Source: Blastocladiella emersonii ATCC 22665 (lineage: Eukaryota; Fungi; Blastocladiomycota). From it: a stretch of 64,000 bases of DNA. The notes under the pieces were generated by a model, which made no database searches, had not been told where the DNA came from, and was given only the letters and a program-made list of their open reading frames with translations. Each line of letters opens with the position of its first letter. Within the stretch, counting starts at the first letter, position 1. The translations under genes were made by a program, and so were the position numbers. This document shows, in pieces, positions 45,456 through 56,772 of this stretch. The stretch covers positions 806,001 to 870,000 of the forward strand of contig JANHCV010000012.1 of the NCBI GenBank assembly GCA_025594325.1. The letters run 5' to 3'.

Positions 45456-46078
45456 ATGTCAAACTCCATGCAACCAGATGCACGCCACCGCATCCTTGAA
45501 TATCGATGCTCGAAACTCGAAATTATGATGGAAAAGCATCAGAGCGAGGTGAGCGGCCTCCGCCACGCTGTGCGAATGCAGGGGGCTTTGCTGCTCAAGC
45601 AAGGGGCGCTATCGGAATCGCTTGAGCCGCTCTTGGAGCTCGATCCGGCCGTTCAAGTTTTGCGCCATCTCGTGAAGGAGGTCAAGGCGGATTGGGTGGG
45701 AGCGAGCTGGAGACGGAGCGACAGGCGGGTGAGAAGCGGCCATCGCGCAGTGGCGCCACAGCAATGCTTACCGCCGACTTCATAGGTCCAGGTGAGATGG
45801 ATCGCCAGGGTCCGTATACGCACAGTTCAAGTACACGTGACCGCGTTGCGCCACAGTCACCGGACGCGCGCGACCCCGCCCGCGTCACGCGCGTCACGCG
45901 CACCGCGCCGATCTCCTTTGTCATCGCCGCGGACCGCCTCACCTCACCGAGCGACGCGTCGGCCCGCTCGCATCGGACGACGCGCCTCCGCATCCCCTCT
46001 CTCCTTTGTTCCTTTGACCAGTTGCTAGTATTAGCCACCACATACAGCCTGTTGTCCTCTCGTGAACCTCCTTGTTGA
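45456..46078 (+). pseudogene. Coiled-coil ORF B, paralog of 44299 ORF, frameshifted near 45690
   Basis: EVSGLRHAVRMQG..SLEPLLELDPAVQVLRHLVKEVK aligns with VSQPRQFVRKQS..SLEPLVNIDSSSAVLCHLVKTVK. Confidence 0.55.
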
Positions 46079-46271
46079 TGCCGACAGAAGGAGGCGGGAG
46101 ACAAGTAGTCAGGGATGTCTATTCCTGCCTTCGGCCCCGAACCCAAGACGGGGAGAGGGGAGAATGGATAACGAAGCAGGGCGCGCCGCAGCGGGGTGCG
46201 GCGGCGCGGGAGCGAGGGATTGCGGGCGGCTCACGCGAGATCAGATGATTGATCACCGCGGTCGTGGCCAC

Positions 46272-46750
46272 ATGAACGACACGCAACACTCCTCACCGTC
46301 TCCTCTTGTGAACCTCTTCACCGTCCCCTCTTGTGAACCTCTTCACCGCCTCGATCTTCATCTCCGCCAAGATCGCACGTCCATCGTGCCAAGCTTCCTC
46401 CCAGTCGAGTACGCTTCAACTCGCACAACTATGCAAAGTGGCAGGGCGTTCACATGAACCTACCAAATCTAGGGGTGATGGCCAGAGGAAACACACCGTT
46501 TCGAAAGGTTGCGGCCGCTCTGACCAAGAAACGAGGTATCCGCCCGTCGGAATACCGGTTTGTTGACAATGCCAGCAACATGTACTTTGACGCAGCGTCT
46601 GAAATGTCGTTGGAGCAGGTACTCTCACCGAAATCCGCTGAAATCCAGGTTCTGGGCACTCACGTTTGCCTGGTGCGGGGCTTTGCCCAAGCTATAGGCG
46701 CTGCGATTTCGTGGCAACGCTCGTCACGTTCCAGTCACGGTTTCTCAATG
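46272..46750 (+). pseudogene. SUMO-like gene B disrupted by a 25-bp tandem duplication
   Basis: Intron 46409..46472 (phase 1) gives RVMARGNTPFRKVAAALTKKRGIRPSEYRFVD..SEMSLEQ. ATG 46272 is in frame only if the 25-bp duplication (about 46297-46350) is removed. Confidence 0.6.
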
Positions 46751-48601
46751 ACATCACACCCCGTGTCGCGTTGCGCCACTTCGCTTCAGCTCTCGCTTCC
46801 GCACTGCTCCCCTCCCATATGCTCCATATGCTCCCCTTATTTGATGAAGCTGAATTACTCTATGCAATGGATCTCATAAATCATGAACTCGACGGCAGGC
46901 TGGTCCCGTCTCCCCTCGGCGCTTCGTTTGGGTGGAGCCTGCGCAGCGAAGTGTTGTGCTGTGCTTCGTTCGACCGTTGGCCTGAGTGTTCCATTGGCAT
47001 CGCTTTCACACTGTCCTCTTCAAGCTGCACGAGTGCTGCTTAAGCGAGCTCGTGAGCGGAGAAGCATGCCGCAGGATGCTTTCACGTTGCCTGAGCTTGC
47101 AGTGCCTTGTTTCCCGTGGTGACCCAGGCTCAAAGGCGATGCTATTTGTGTTCTAGTTCTTCCCCTTGTGTCGAAAAACTCGTTTTTTCTTGACCGCCGT
47201 TGCCGCCACTATACCGCCGTTGTGCCCGCCCGGCGACCCCTCGCGTCCTGTTCACTTGCCAAGGGACGTCGTGCCAAGCGAGGGTTGTGCAACGAAGTCG
47301 CTTAAACCCTCGCGAAGAGCGGTTACGCGGTATCTCTGTTTCGGTGGCGTGGGATGCGAATTTCATCACGAGCGAAGCGCACATCTGGCTTTGCTCCAGC
47401 GCAATCACGCGCGGCTCATCTGCTGCGCTGCTGGCCGCTTCTTACCTCGACCCCTGCTACCTGCACAGCGGCGAAACGTGTTATCGATTCACTAAAAACT
47501 CCTTGTCGAGGTCTGCCGAGCAACTGGAGGCGAGAGAAAGTCGGCTGAGCAAACCGTCGCGACCGCGGTTGGAACCGTTGATGCTAGCTTTCCACCGACG
47601 GGCGTGCGTCAGTACAATTTTGACAATCCTCACGTTCTCCGGGGTTTTGCACGACGATGAGGATCGCTCCGTCAGCAACTTTCATCAGGCGAACAAGAGC
47701 GAGACAAAGCGCTCCGCTCATGCGCGCATCATGACGTACACGATATCCATCCATCTGCGCTAGAGTGTCTCGTGTCGCTGTCAACGACATCCCGTGGCAC
47801 CGTAACTCCCGTCGACCTTTCGCGATCCTTCCACCATAGATCCGCTTCATCCGAGCTCTGTTGTTCCGTGCCCAAGGAGACGAGCTCGCTCAAGGCCTTA
47901 AGCTGGATCAAAGCGTGCGACGCGAACGGAATCATGGTTGGTCGCGTTCTTCGCGGAAAATGGACGCGTTAGTCGAGATCGAGTCTTCGCGTGCATTTGT
48001 TGTGCATGATACATTCTGTTAGTTCACGATCGCCGACTGCTCTATTTTCGGCTCATTCAGAACACCAGCATGCTCTTACGAGCGAGTGGCTCGCCTTGAC
48101 GCGTCTGTCACAAATCCGATCTCAGTTGCCTTGAGCGCGCTGGAACTACGCGCTACGTGCGCGTATGCTGCATTGAGGCGATGTTGAGAGTAATCGGTGC
48201 CCACAATCAAGTCGCGCTAGCGCTCGATCAAAGCCACCATCACTCGAGCCAGTTCGTGTTTGTGCGCGCTTGATCGCAACTCGCTCCACAAGGAGTCGCT
48301 CCCGCAACTTGAACAACGATCCGCTCAGCGACCTTCAGCTATCTCCGCCACGTCCGTAGTCGACTTGATCAACCTCAAGAGCAGGAAGACGCACAAAAGC
48401 GCGAAGAAGGCGTGTTGCGACGGCCCCAACGCGTGGTTCTGGCGCGTCGCGACTCTTTCTTTCGAGCCCCTTTGAGGAATGCGAGTCAGAAGCATGATCT
48501 CAGTCTGCACTACATCTGAAGCGAGTTCCGTGTCTCTCAGTTCACAAATCATGCAGTTCCTTGCATCGCGCGTCCACGACGCGTCCGGAGTGCCGTGTGA
48601 T

Positions 48602-51070
48602 CCATCGGGAAATTGGGGGTTAAGATCTCAAAGAGATCTAGCTAGATCTCTCATAGATCTTAGGGTTTCGGGGGCCAAAATAGCTGGGGAAGATCTAGGT
48701 AGAAATCCACTGCAAACCTATGTTTTCTATAGATCTCACCATAGATCTATCCCTCCCGTCCAGCCGAGCTCGACTCCGTCAGGGCCGATAGATCTTCGCA
48801 ACGAACGTAGATTCCCCGCCGCTGAGGAGATCTGTGAGATTTTCAAGCGCTCTTCGCCGAGCGAGAGATCTCAGCACACAACGGGAGAGTTCGATGAGTG
48901 AGAAACAGATCTGTATTGTGCATCAAATCTACGCGTCGTCGTCGTCGTCGCTATCCAGCGCTACTCCGTACGGACTCGCGCCTCGGGCACCCGCCGCCGA
49001 GGCTGCGGTCGCAGCGGCAGCGGCAGCGGCAGCGGCAGTGGACTTGGTGAACGACCGGCGCACGACCTCCTCCGTGTCATGCGGACAAACGGGTGAGCGG
49101 CCCGGCGACGCTCGATGCTCGCGACCAGCGAGTGGAAGTAGCTGCGGCGGAACATGTCGACATCCACGATGGGCGCCGCGGACCCCTGCACGTACGACTG
49201 GACCACGGGAGCAAACTACACAGACACGTCGGGGCGTGAGCTACGAAGCGAGTCAGGATCGTGCGCGACGCGTACCAGCTCGATGAAGTACACCATGTCG
49301 ACGAGCGTGCGATCAGGTGCGAGTCGATCCACGATGGCGAACAGGTGCGGCCCGGGCAGCTTTGCTACGTCGGCCAGCGGTGGCGTTAGCGTGGGCGACC
49401 AGACACGCGAAAACACACACGACTCGGGGAGGGGGACAGGTCGCCTAGGGTGCGCGAGCGGGTGCCATGGGCAATCAGCTTGACGATGCCGCGGGCGTAG
49501 GTTCTATAGGCGGGGCGGTCCGGGTCAGATCGCTGGTCGGGAAGCAGCCCAAAGCGGACGATCGCAAACTTACGTCGTTGCCCTGCGGTTCCAGTCGAAC
49601 GTGAGGTTGAGCAGCACCTCGGACTTGCGATTGCTGGGCGCCGTCGCCGCGCGCGCGCCACGTTGTGCGGGATCTCGATGGCGGCGACGATACGCGGCGC
49701 CATGAGCATGCGACCGCAGGCCGTCTCGAGCCCGAGGAAGGATAGGACGGCAGGATCGACGAGAGCGTCCACGTCGCCGACGCCAGCGAGGTTCAGAGCG
49801 TCCAGGGGGCGAAGGGTGGCGTCGGCCGGCTTGGGCGGGCAGTATCAGCCGCGGCGGGACCTGGACAGCGGGAGCACGAGAGAAGCGTCAGTGAGGGCAA
49901 ACCGGTGCGACGGTCAGCGGCGCGGCGCGATGCAGCAGTGGGTGGCGTTCGTGCGAGGTAACGAGGTGGCGAGGTGGCGTGCACACAACGGCGCAAGGAG
50001 GGTCTGGCTCGTACCCGGCGCAGGCCTTGGCGATGTGCCCGATGCAGTCCTGGAGCAAGTGCATGGAGTTGGATGCGTCGTAGGGGAGTTGGGGGGAAGG
50101 ACGGGTGGCGGGGGAGGAGAGAGGAAGTCGGCGGTGGCGACCGAGCGAAGGACTTTGCCCAAAACAAACGCCGCCGATCCTCACGTGCGCTTGACCGCCG
50201 CCTCGCTTGACAGCTTCGCCGCGTCGCGTCGGTCCATGCCTCCTCCCCTCTTGTCAAGCATACACAACGCAGGTCTGAAGATCTCATTACTGACACGCTG
50301 CAACTCCCTCACCGCGTGGTTCCGTGGTCGAACGATCTCGAAACAGCTGCGGATCCTGGCCGTCGCTGCTCTGCCCGACCTGCTACGTGGTGAGATGCGC
50401 GAGCCGGAACTCGCTGATCCGTCCTGCAAGGTTGTTGGCGGCTCCACGACGTCGTGATCACGCCCGCTTACGACCTCGCTCCCGCTTGAAGGCACACTGG
50501 CAGGCACCCGCAACCTTGATCCCTGTCGTGCCCGTACAGCTCTTCAACAGCTCCATTTTCACGTTCCTTGACGCCGATCCTGCACACCGCCTCGAGGGAA
50601 TCGATGCCCCTGGCCCTCTTCCCTTCCCACTTCGTTGGTCACGCTGCATGTGTGGTGCTCCCTGTTTGCTCACTTGAACCACGGTTCTCCCGGCCCGCCT
50701 GTGCGACGCGCTGATGCACGACTGAGAGATAGTCCAGTGAACTGCTTGATTAATTCCAAACGCGACTATGGAGGACAAAGGGAGCGATGATCGGTGTTGT
50801 GATTTGAGAGTCAAGGACGCGCCGCGCGAGCTTTGTCTCAAAGTCGTTCGCTGCGCGAGTGCAAGCGCTCGACTCATTCCTAGATTTGTGGTCGAGCACC
50901 ATAGATTACTCGTAGATCTATGTCGGGTGACAAGATCTTCGCGAGCGGAACCACTCCAGACTGGTCGAGCGGGGCTAGATTTCCGCAGGGCTAAGATCTT
51001 CGTAGATCACAGTGATCTAGGAAGATCTTCGTGATCCACCGCAGCGGGGTGACCCCCCATTTTCCGATGG
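48602..51070. mobile_element. Unclassified TIR DNA element (about 2.47 kb) with AGATCT subterminal arrays
   Basis: Left CCATCGGGAAATTGGGGGTTA versus reverse complement of the right end CCATCGGAAAATGGGGGGTCA (18/21). 11 AGATCT in 48623-48912; 4 perfect plus several variants in 50881-51046. No clear TSD. Confidence 0.7.
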
Positions 51071-51689
51071 CTACAATGAGCAAGCAAACGTTTTAGTTCG
51101 AGGGTCGCGACAGGTGAATTGAAATGAGGCGCACCGCTCTTCAAAGTACCAGGCGCCGACCTCGGCCGCAATCGAGAGTACAAGCCCGAACGAGGCCCGA
51201 ACGACACGAGCGTCAGTGCCTGCGAGCTTGACCTGGCCCTTGATGCAGCGATCGTAAAAGGCCTGAGAGAAACTGCGGCAAACGATGCAGTCGCCGGGTT
51301 CGCGCTAGATTCGCAGCTATGTGTAAGTGGTCCGGCACAGCGTGGCGAGACAGTGGGAAAATGCGTACCAAGTTACCGCAGACACACTGAACTGCGGGCG
51401 GCTCGACGGACTCGGATCGGACCACCGGGCAGCAGCAGCACAAGTCCAACGGGGTCTTGGACTGCAGGCAGAAGGGAACGAACGGCGGATCCGACTCGGG
51501 TTGGAACAGAAAAGCGCGAGCCCCGTTCTCAACAATGACAATATCGTTCTCCTTGAGTTGGCTCTCACCGCCACTAGTCGCCCGGAACGTTTGCGTGACT
51601 GGTGCCTTCGCAGAGAGCGATGGCGCCGTGGTGAATGATTCCCGTGGTGCACCTCGGCCCCCACTTCTCCCCGCGTCGCGACGCACCAA
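51071..51689 (-). CDS. Possible spliced Cys-rich hypothetical protein (start not found)
   Basis: A 64-bp GTACGC..CTAG intron (51368..51305) joins DLCCCCP..VQCVCGNL to REPGDCIVCRSFSQAFYDRC..; TAG at 51073-51071. Confidence 0.35.
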
Positions 51690-52549
51690 CTCTAGAGTGA
51701 CCTACAACAGCTGCGGACATTCTTTTCACGAAAAACAGTGCTGTGTTGCGCCGGGCGACTTGGATGTCTAGTCTATCTTTCTTCTTGGAATTGTTGCTGA
51801 GCAAATCGCAGGTCGGTCGCTTCCCCGTCTGCCCGAGCGCCAAGATGAGGGATCTTTGGCGACTTGGTGAGGAGCTCGAGGCATGCGAGCTTGCTCGCAT
51901 GTCACTAGCCCCGTCGCCTTGGCCGGGGTCGCCTCAGTCCTGCCTGTTGCGCTGCTGGTGTTGTCAATGGACTTGAGCTGCTCAACCGAGTCGCGTACTT
52001 TGGCCATGAACGTGTGCTCGGCCGGATACATGCTTGAGGGCAGCGCCGAACAGCCGGTGGGCGAGCCCCGCAGCAGCTTGGCGTGGTAGATCGAGCTTAC
52101 GGGTGACGTGGCGGTGGAGAGTGAGCAGCGATCAAGAAGTTGTTGGGTGGCCGGGTCGCGTCGGCGTGCACCAGCCCAGCAATGCGTGCACACCAGCTCG
52201 CGTGCGGTAGAACCGGACAGCGCTGACGTGTACGACCAGTACATGAGGTATGGAGCCCGTGCCGCATGAACTTGGGCGTGTCACTAAGGCGGACGACGAG
52301 GCGACCCTTGCCGCAGCAGCGTGGTGTACTTGATGACCCACTCGAGTCGGTCATGTTAGTCTCGGACCGTGAGCACGCTGACCGAGTCGCGTACCCCGAC
52401 CTCGGACTCGCACGTGCAGCCGAGCGCGTGCTTGAGGCCAGCGACGACCCAAGCAACGAGACCTCGCAGAGTGTTCTTGACTTGTCTCGGGGTGCGTCAG
52501 TGAGCGAACAGACAGCCGGCGCAAAAGGCGTGGGAACGCGGCGTGAACA

Positions 52550-53491
52550 GTGAAAGTGGCGGGAGCGAGTCCCGTCAACGCGTGCAGCAGCTCAGCGCTG
52601 GTGACCATTATTTTGGAAAAGGAGGGCTTGGAAGATTACCCACACCAACTGTCCTGCGCGTACGCCTCGACTTGTCCAGACTCAGCAGAGTGTGGGGCGT
52701 TGACTGCGCTGTTCACGAGCTGCAACCAAGAAGCGGACTTGTGGGATTTATTCGTGGTCGCACACGCGGTCATCCAACGTTGCTCCATTGCCTACATTCC
52801 TGCGCTTGCATGGATCCCTGTCGCTGTCATGCATGACTTGACTTTGCGCGATCGCGCGGTTGCGCTCATGAGGCGCGATGATTCTGCGCGTCTTTTCCTT
52901 GGACTCTTGGTCTCCGCCTTTTCTCGTGGACACGTTGGCCGCCACGCGGTGCCAATCCTTCCGCATGGGCGCACAACCTGCGACGAATGCGACCTCACTT
53001 GCCAGCGCACGTACTTGATGACTGTTGAAGAGCTGCTCAAACTTGATCCAACCGCGATTCGGCGCCTCCCGGTCCTTGGCATTAGCGCGCTTAACAGCAT
53101 ATTTAATAGTTACCCGAACCTTATGGTTTCCATCCAAGTTGAGACGGATCCTCCGCTTGGTGCCTGTCGCGCGGCCTGCGACACCATCATGTACCCGCTT
53201 TTGAACCTTGTTCGCGTGCTTATCAGCACCGACCTCCCGTCCCTACTTGACAACCTCCTCGCACTGCGACCGCCTGGTTCCATGCTACCCATCTCCTTTT
53301 GGCGAGCTCTGCCAGACGAAGCTCTAGACGGAGTTAAAGATGCGCGTTGGATTGCGCAAACGGTCGCCGATGTCTACGCCTCCCCTGCCAGGGATCGCCA
53401 GTACATGAAGGAAATTCGGCGAGTCACGCAAAGGACCGTCTCATCGGAAGAGTTCAAGGACGCGCTCGCTACGGTTTTGTTTGAGTGCTGA
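52550..53491 (+). CDS. Hypothetical protein with paired Cys motifs, paralog 1 (5' exon or start unresolved)
   Basis: 313-codon open frame aligning end to end with 55219..56208 (CGAL, LAW.P, RLFLG, CxxC, CxxxC, LPISFWRALPD, EFKDAL). Confidence 0.7.
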   Translation: MKVAGASPVNACSSSALVTIILEKEGLEDYPHQLSCAYASTCPDSAECGALTALFTSCNQEADLWDLFVVAHAVIQRCSIAYIPALAWIPVAVMHDLTLRDRAVALMRRDDSARLFLGLLVSAFSRGHVGRHAVPILPHGRTTCDECDLTCQRTYLMTVEELLKLDPTAIRRLPVLGISALNSIFNSYPNLMVSIQVETDPPLGACRAACDTIMYPLLNLVRVLISTDLPSLLDNLLALRPPGSMLPISFWRALPDEALDGVKDARWIAQTVADVYASPARDRQYMKEIRRVTQRTVSSEEFKDALATVLFEC

Positions 53492-53856
53492 TCTAGGTTT
53501 GCCCCATTTTTATGACCTCCTCTAGTTATATTTCATTCACTGGAATTTTGACCTTAATCGACCTGATTCAGTACTTTTGCTGATCAGTCGCGCGGGAAGC
53601 GAAACTGGCGCGCTTTCGACCTGTCGTGGAGAGTGCCTTGTTGATGAGAGCTCCGGTCGACACCGTTCGATTTAACCTCCTAATAAAGCGCTTTTAAGGT
53701 GCAGCTGGACGTGCAACAAAACCGGTACGCGATGCGCCACTCACATGGTGATCGCGTGACGTGGCGCGCGGGGGCGGAGCGAGCGGGGTCGAGTTTGTCC
53801 TCTGATCGCGGACTGCGGCACCGCTTTCTTGATGCCAATAGACGCTCATATACACG

Positions 53857-55197
53857 ATGGAATCGAATGAAATACTTGATGCAACGGACCGGCCTGCAAC
53901 TCTTGAACCCACGCTTGCGGTCCTGCCGCCGGAATTGGCGACACTTGTGTTGCAGCTGGCGCAGCCCAAGCTTGCGCTCTGCACAATAACCCGCGATCTC
54001 TTTGCAGCGGCAAACACCTTGCCGGTCGCCTGCACGTGGATCGACACTTTGCTTGCGCGGTACCCGCGCCTTGATCAGCACCCGCGGAATTGGAACGCCA
54101 ATCGTCTCACTTCCGACGTTGCCATTCTTCTCATGGATGGACTCAAACTGAACTACTACTGTCGTGACACGCCCGACTCCCCGTCACACAAACGGGTCGC
54201 TACGCTTTTCACAGTCGTCCCTTCACGGCTGATCGGACTTTTTCTCTGCGCTCTGCACAAGAGGCCCCATGGACTATTCGGCATGTCCAACTTCCTTGAG
54301 CAAGCAGTCGAAACTGGAGGCGTCACGCGCGGCCTCCGAGTTAACCCTATTTTCGCCACCCTGCAGACCCTGCTCCTTGCCGTGCTGCGACTTCACCCAC
54401 CGGATATGATCCGTTTGTTGGTCCTCGCAAAGAGCAATATGCCCGATCTTTTCCGCTTGACGCTGAATTTCAACACTTGGGTCTCCATGGTGGATCACCG
54501 CCGCCGCTACTTTTTACTCGAGCGGTTCGCGTGGCTCGAGCCCAACTTGGCCAACGTCAGACTAATTGACTTCCTCGGCTATCTTGCCATCTTTTCGTGG
54601 AGCTTCCCTGCATGGCATTCAATCCAGCGCTCTCTTGACGGGATCGACGTGGCTGCGATTATTAACACTTGCAACGCGGACCGGTTCGCCGATGTTTTGC
54701 TTGAATTCGTCCCAGAAGGCGAGCCAGGTAGTCCCGCTGATCCGACAGCCATGCTCAGCTGGCTCATTCGCGACGTGTGGGTTGACCGACCCCTCGTCTT
54801 TTGCGATCGCCCGATTGCCCTTATTCTTGCACACAAGCCGCGCGTGCTCCGCTTCGTCGCCACTGTCGACCCTGCCCGCGTTTTTAGGGATTTGACGGAT
54901 CAAAATCGCGACTTGATTACGTGGCATGTCGGGCACAGCCCAGCGACCTGGACAGCCGAGTCGATTTCGGCCCTCGACGAACTTGGTCTGTTCAATCACA
55001 CTGCGTGGGGTCATGTTGCGCACTCCTGGGCGCTGTCCGCTCGAGCCGGTGCTACCTGGATCAGTCCGCCTGCAGCGGCTGCCGCGACTCGACTTGCTGG
55101 CGACCGACTCGACGCAGCTTTGAAGGCCGGTGCGTTTTTCTTGATCAGCGATGAGGGTGATTGGTTATCTCACGACTACCACGTTTTTCCCGTTTAG
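53857..55197 (+). CDS. Intronless F-box-like protein (446 aa)
   Basis: N-terminal LAVLPPELATLVLQLAQPKLALCTITRDL resembles an F-box; long helical remainder with no recognised domain. Confidence 0.6.
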   Translation: MESNEILDATDRPATLEPTLAVLPPELATLVLQLAQPKLALCTITRDLFAAANTLPVACTWIDTLLARYPRLDQHPRNWNANRLTSDVAILLMDGLKLNYYCRDTPDSPSHKRVATLFTVVPSRLIGLFLCALHKRPHGLFGMSNFLEQAVETGGVTRGLRVNPIFATLQTLLLAVLRLHPPDMIRLLVLAKSNMPDLFRLTLNFNTWVSMVDHRRRYFLLERFAWLEPNLANVRLIDFLGYLAIFSWSFPAWHSIQRSLDGIDVAAIINTCNADRFADVLLEFVPEGEPGSPADPTAMLSWLIRDVWVDRPLVFCDRPIALILAHKPRVLRFVATVDPARVFRDLTDQNRDLITWHVGHSPATWTAESISALDELGLFNHTAWGHVAHSWALSARAGATWISPPAAAAATRLAGDRLDAALKAGAFFLISDEGDWLSHDYHVFPV

Positions 55198-55218
55198 CGT
55201 TGAGCAACTGCTTCAAAC

Positions 55219-56208
55219 GTGGCGAGCCGGTGCTGTCTCCTCAGAGCATCCTTTGCGCGGGTTCACTACAGCGATGATGGTGTCAAAGCCTTTATTCATA
55301 CTTTCCTCGCCGCCATCCAGACCGTCCCCGCCGATTCACCGTTCGCTCGATGCTCGCACGCTCCAGCATCGCCTTGCACCGATCCGGCAATTTGCGGAGC
55401 TTTAGTCCATACGTTCAGCGGCGATCTGGACGCCGACGTGTTCGACCTGTTCCTTTTGGCCAACACAATCTTGAAGCGGTACTCCGTCTCGAGCTGCCCC
55501 TCGCTCGCATGGCTACCTGCCGCTGCTTTGCACAGCGACAACGTCCGTGATCGCGCCACCGATCTGATGACGAAAGATGGTACCACTCGATTGTTCCTTG
55601 GCGTGATGCTTTCGGCCATGGCCCGCGGCGCCTTCATTCGCCGCCCCAATCGGGTTGCCGTGGGGGGGATACTGGCTTGCGGGTATTGCGATCTTGCGCG
55701 GCAGCGTGTGTACCTGGAAACAGTTCGCCAGCTCGCAGAGCTTGACCCCGAGGCCATTCGCCAGCTCCCGTTCTCTGTTACATTCCTCCTTGGTCTGCTG
55801 AACGTCGGCGACAATCTCGCCTATGTTCGTCCTTTCGACCGGGAAAACGCCCTTGGCGCGTGTTCGGACGCATGCGATCCGATCCCCCGCCCTGCGCTCG
55901 GCATGTTCCGGGTCCTGATGCGGGCGAACCTCGCGAGCTTGATTGAAAACCTCTGCGCGGACATGCAGCCTCATGAGCAGCTCCCCATCTCGTTCTGGCG
56001 GGCTCTCCCAGACGGCGCGCTTGACTCGCTTCACGACGCTTGCTGGGTTGCTCGTACTGTCGCCATCGCGTTCAAGAATGGTAAATCGGGGCCCGCGATC
56101 AACAAGGAGATCCGTCGTGCCGCGCCCGAAACGGTCGCATCGAACGAGTTCAAGGATGCCCTCGTCGCGATCCATTTTGATGCTTGGCCGCTTTTTCGCC
56201 CATGGTGA
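55219..56208 (+). CDS. Hypothetical protein with paired Cys motifs, paralog 2 (start unresolved)
   Basis: Paralog of 52550..53491; same reading frame as the upstream F-box ORF, separated by TAG CGT TGA. Confidence 0.7.
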   Translation: MASRCCLLRASFARVHYSDDGVKAFIHTFLAAIQTVPADSPFARCSHAPASPCTDPAICGALVHTFSGDLDADVFDLFLLANTILKRYSVSSCPSLAWLPAAALHSDNVRDRATDLMTKDGTTRLFLGVMLSAMARGAFIRRPNRVAVGGILACGYCDLARQRVYLETVRQLAELDPEAIRQLPFSVTFLLGLLNVGDNLAYVRPFDRENALGACSDACDPIPRPALGMFRVLMRANLASLIENLCADMQPHEQLPISFWRALPDGALDSLHDACWVARTVAIAFKNGKSGPAINKEIRRAAPETVASNEFKDALVAIHFDAWPLFRPW

Positions 56209-56349
56209 CCCTGATGTTCTCTTACTCTGATATACACAGTTTGCTTGATTGTACTCCTTCATCACTGGGCAAGGTCAACTTGTACTATCTGGCGGGACAT
56301 TCAGGGGTCGGACCAAGTGTTGCGGCGTCATTTCGCGCGACAGCGACAT

Positions 56350-56772
56350 TTTGAGTTTACGAACGCGAAGCAGACACAGACGTCGAGCGGCTTCAGGGCC
56401 ACGATTGGTGTCGCTGCATCGGTCGGGATCACCGTGTCTGGCACGGTCAGCGCCGCGCTCGCGGCCTCCTTGGACGGCAAGTTCACGGCCGCCGAGATGC
56501 TCGACATCGGCCTCAACGCGGAGCACATTCCAGTCCAGCTTGGTCCTGCAGGCGGGCTCGCGACGCAGCTGACGGGCCGCATCGTGCGCGACGAGCGGGC
56601 GGAGGCGGCCGCCTCGGAGGTCTACAAGTCCGTGTGCCCGCGCAAGTGCGCTCCGTCGGGCGGGAGCGCGTACGTCGAAGAAGCGGGCTCAGCCGCGGCG
56701 GCCGAGGACGGTAGGCTTCTCGGGGAGGTGGGCGGGTTCGTTGGCGAGCTGGCGCCAAGTTCCGTTGGTTGA
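56350..56772 (+). CDS. Glycine-zipper-like small protein, paralog 1 (start unresolved)
   Basis: GFRATIGVAASVGITVSG..DIGLN..LGPAGGLATQLTGRIVRDERAEAAA aligns with GLKALGVALGTAVTVAG..DIAAN..LGPFGPAATEITGKMVDDERAAAAA. Confidence 0.5.
   Translation, partial: FEFTNAKQTQTSSGFRATIGVAASVGITVSGTVSAALAASLDGKFTAAEMLDIGLNAEHIPVQLGPAGGLATQLTGRIVRDERAEAAASEVYKSVCPRKCAPSGGSAYVEEAGSAAAAEDGRLLGEVGGFVGELAPSSVG

Noticed and set aside
47100-48550. ORFs 47166..47495, 47200..47763, 48325..48552
   Set aside because: No motif, paralog or codon bias I can support; left as unresolved degenerate sequence.
52097-52456. PHD-like HxxC ... CxxC pattern on the minus strand
   Set aside because: The HTSC and CTHC motifs are in different frames with no supporting splice sites.
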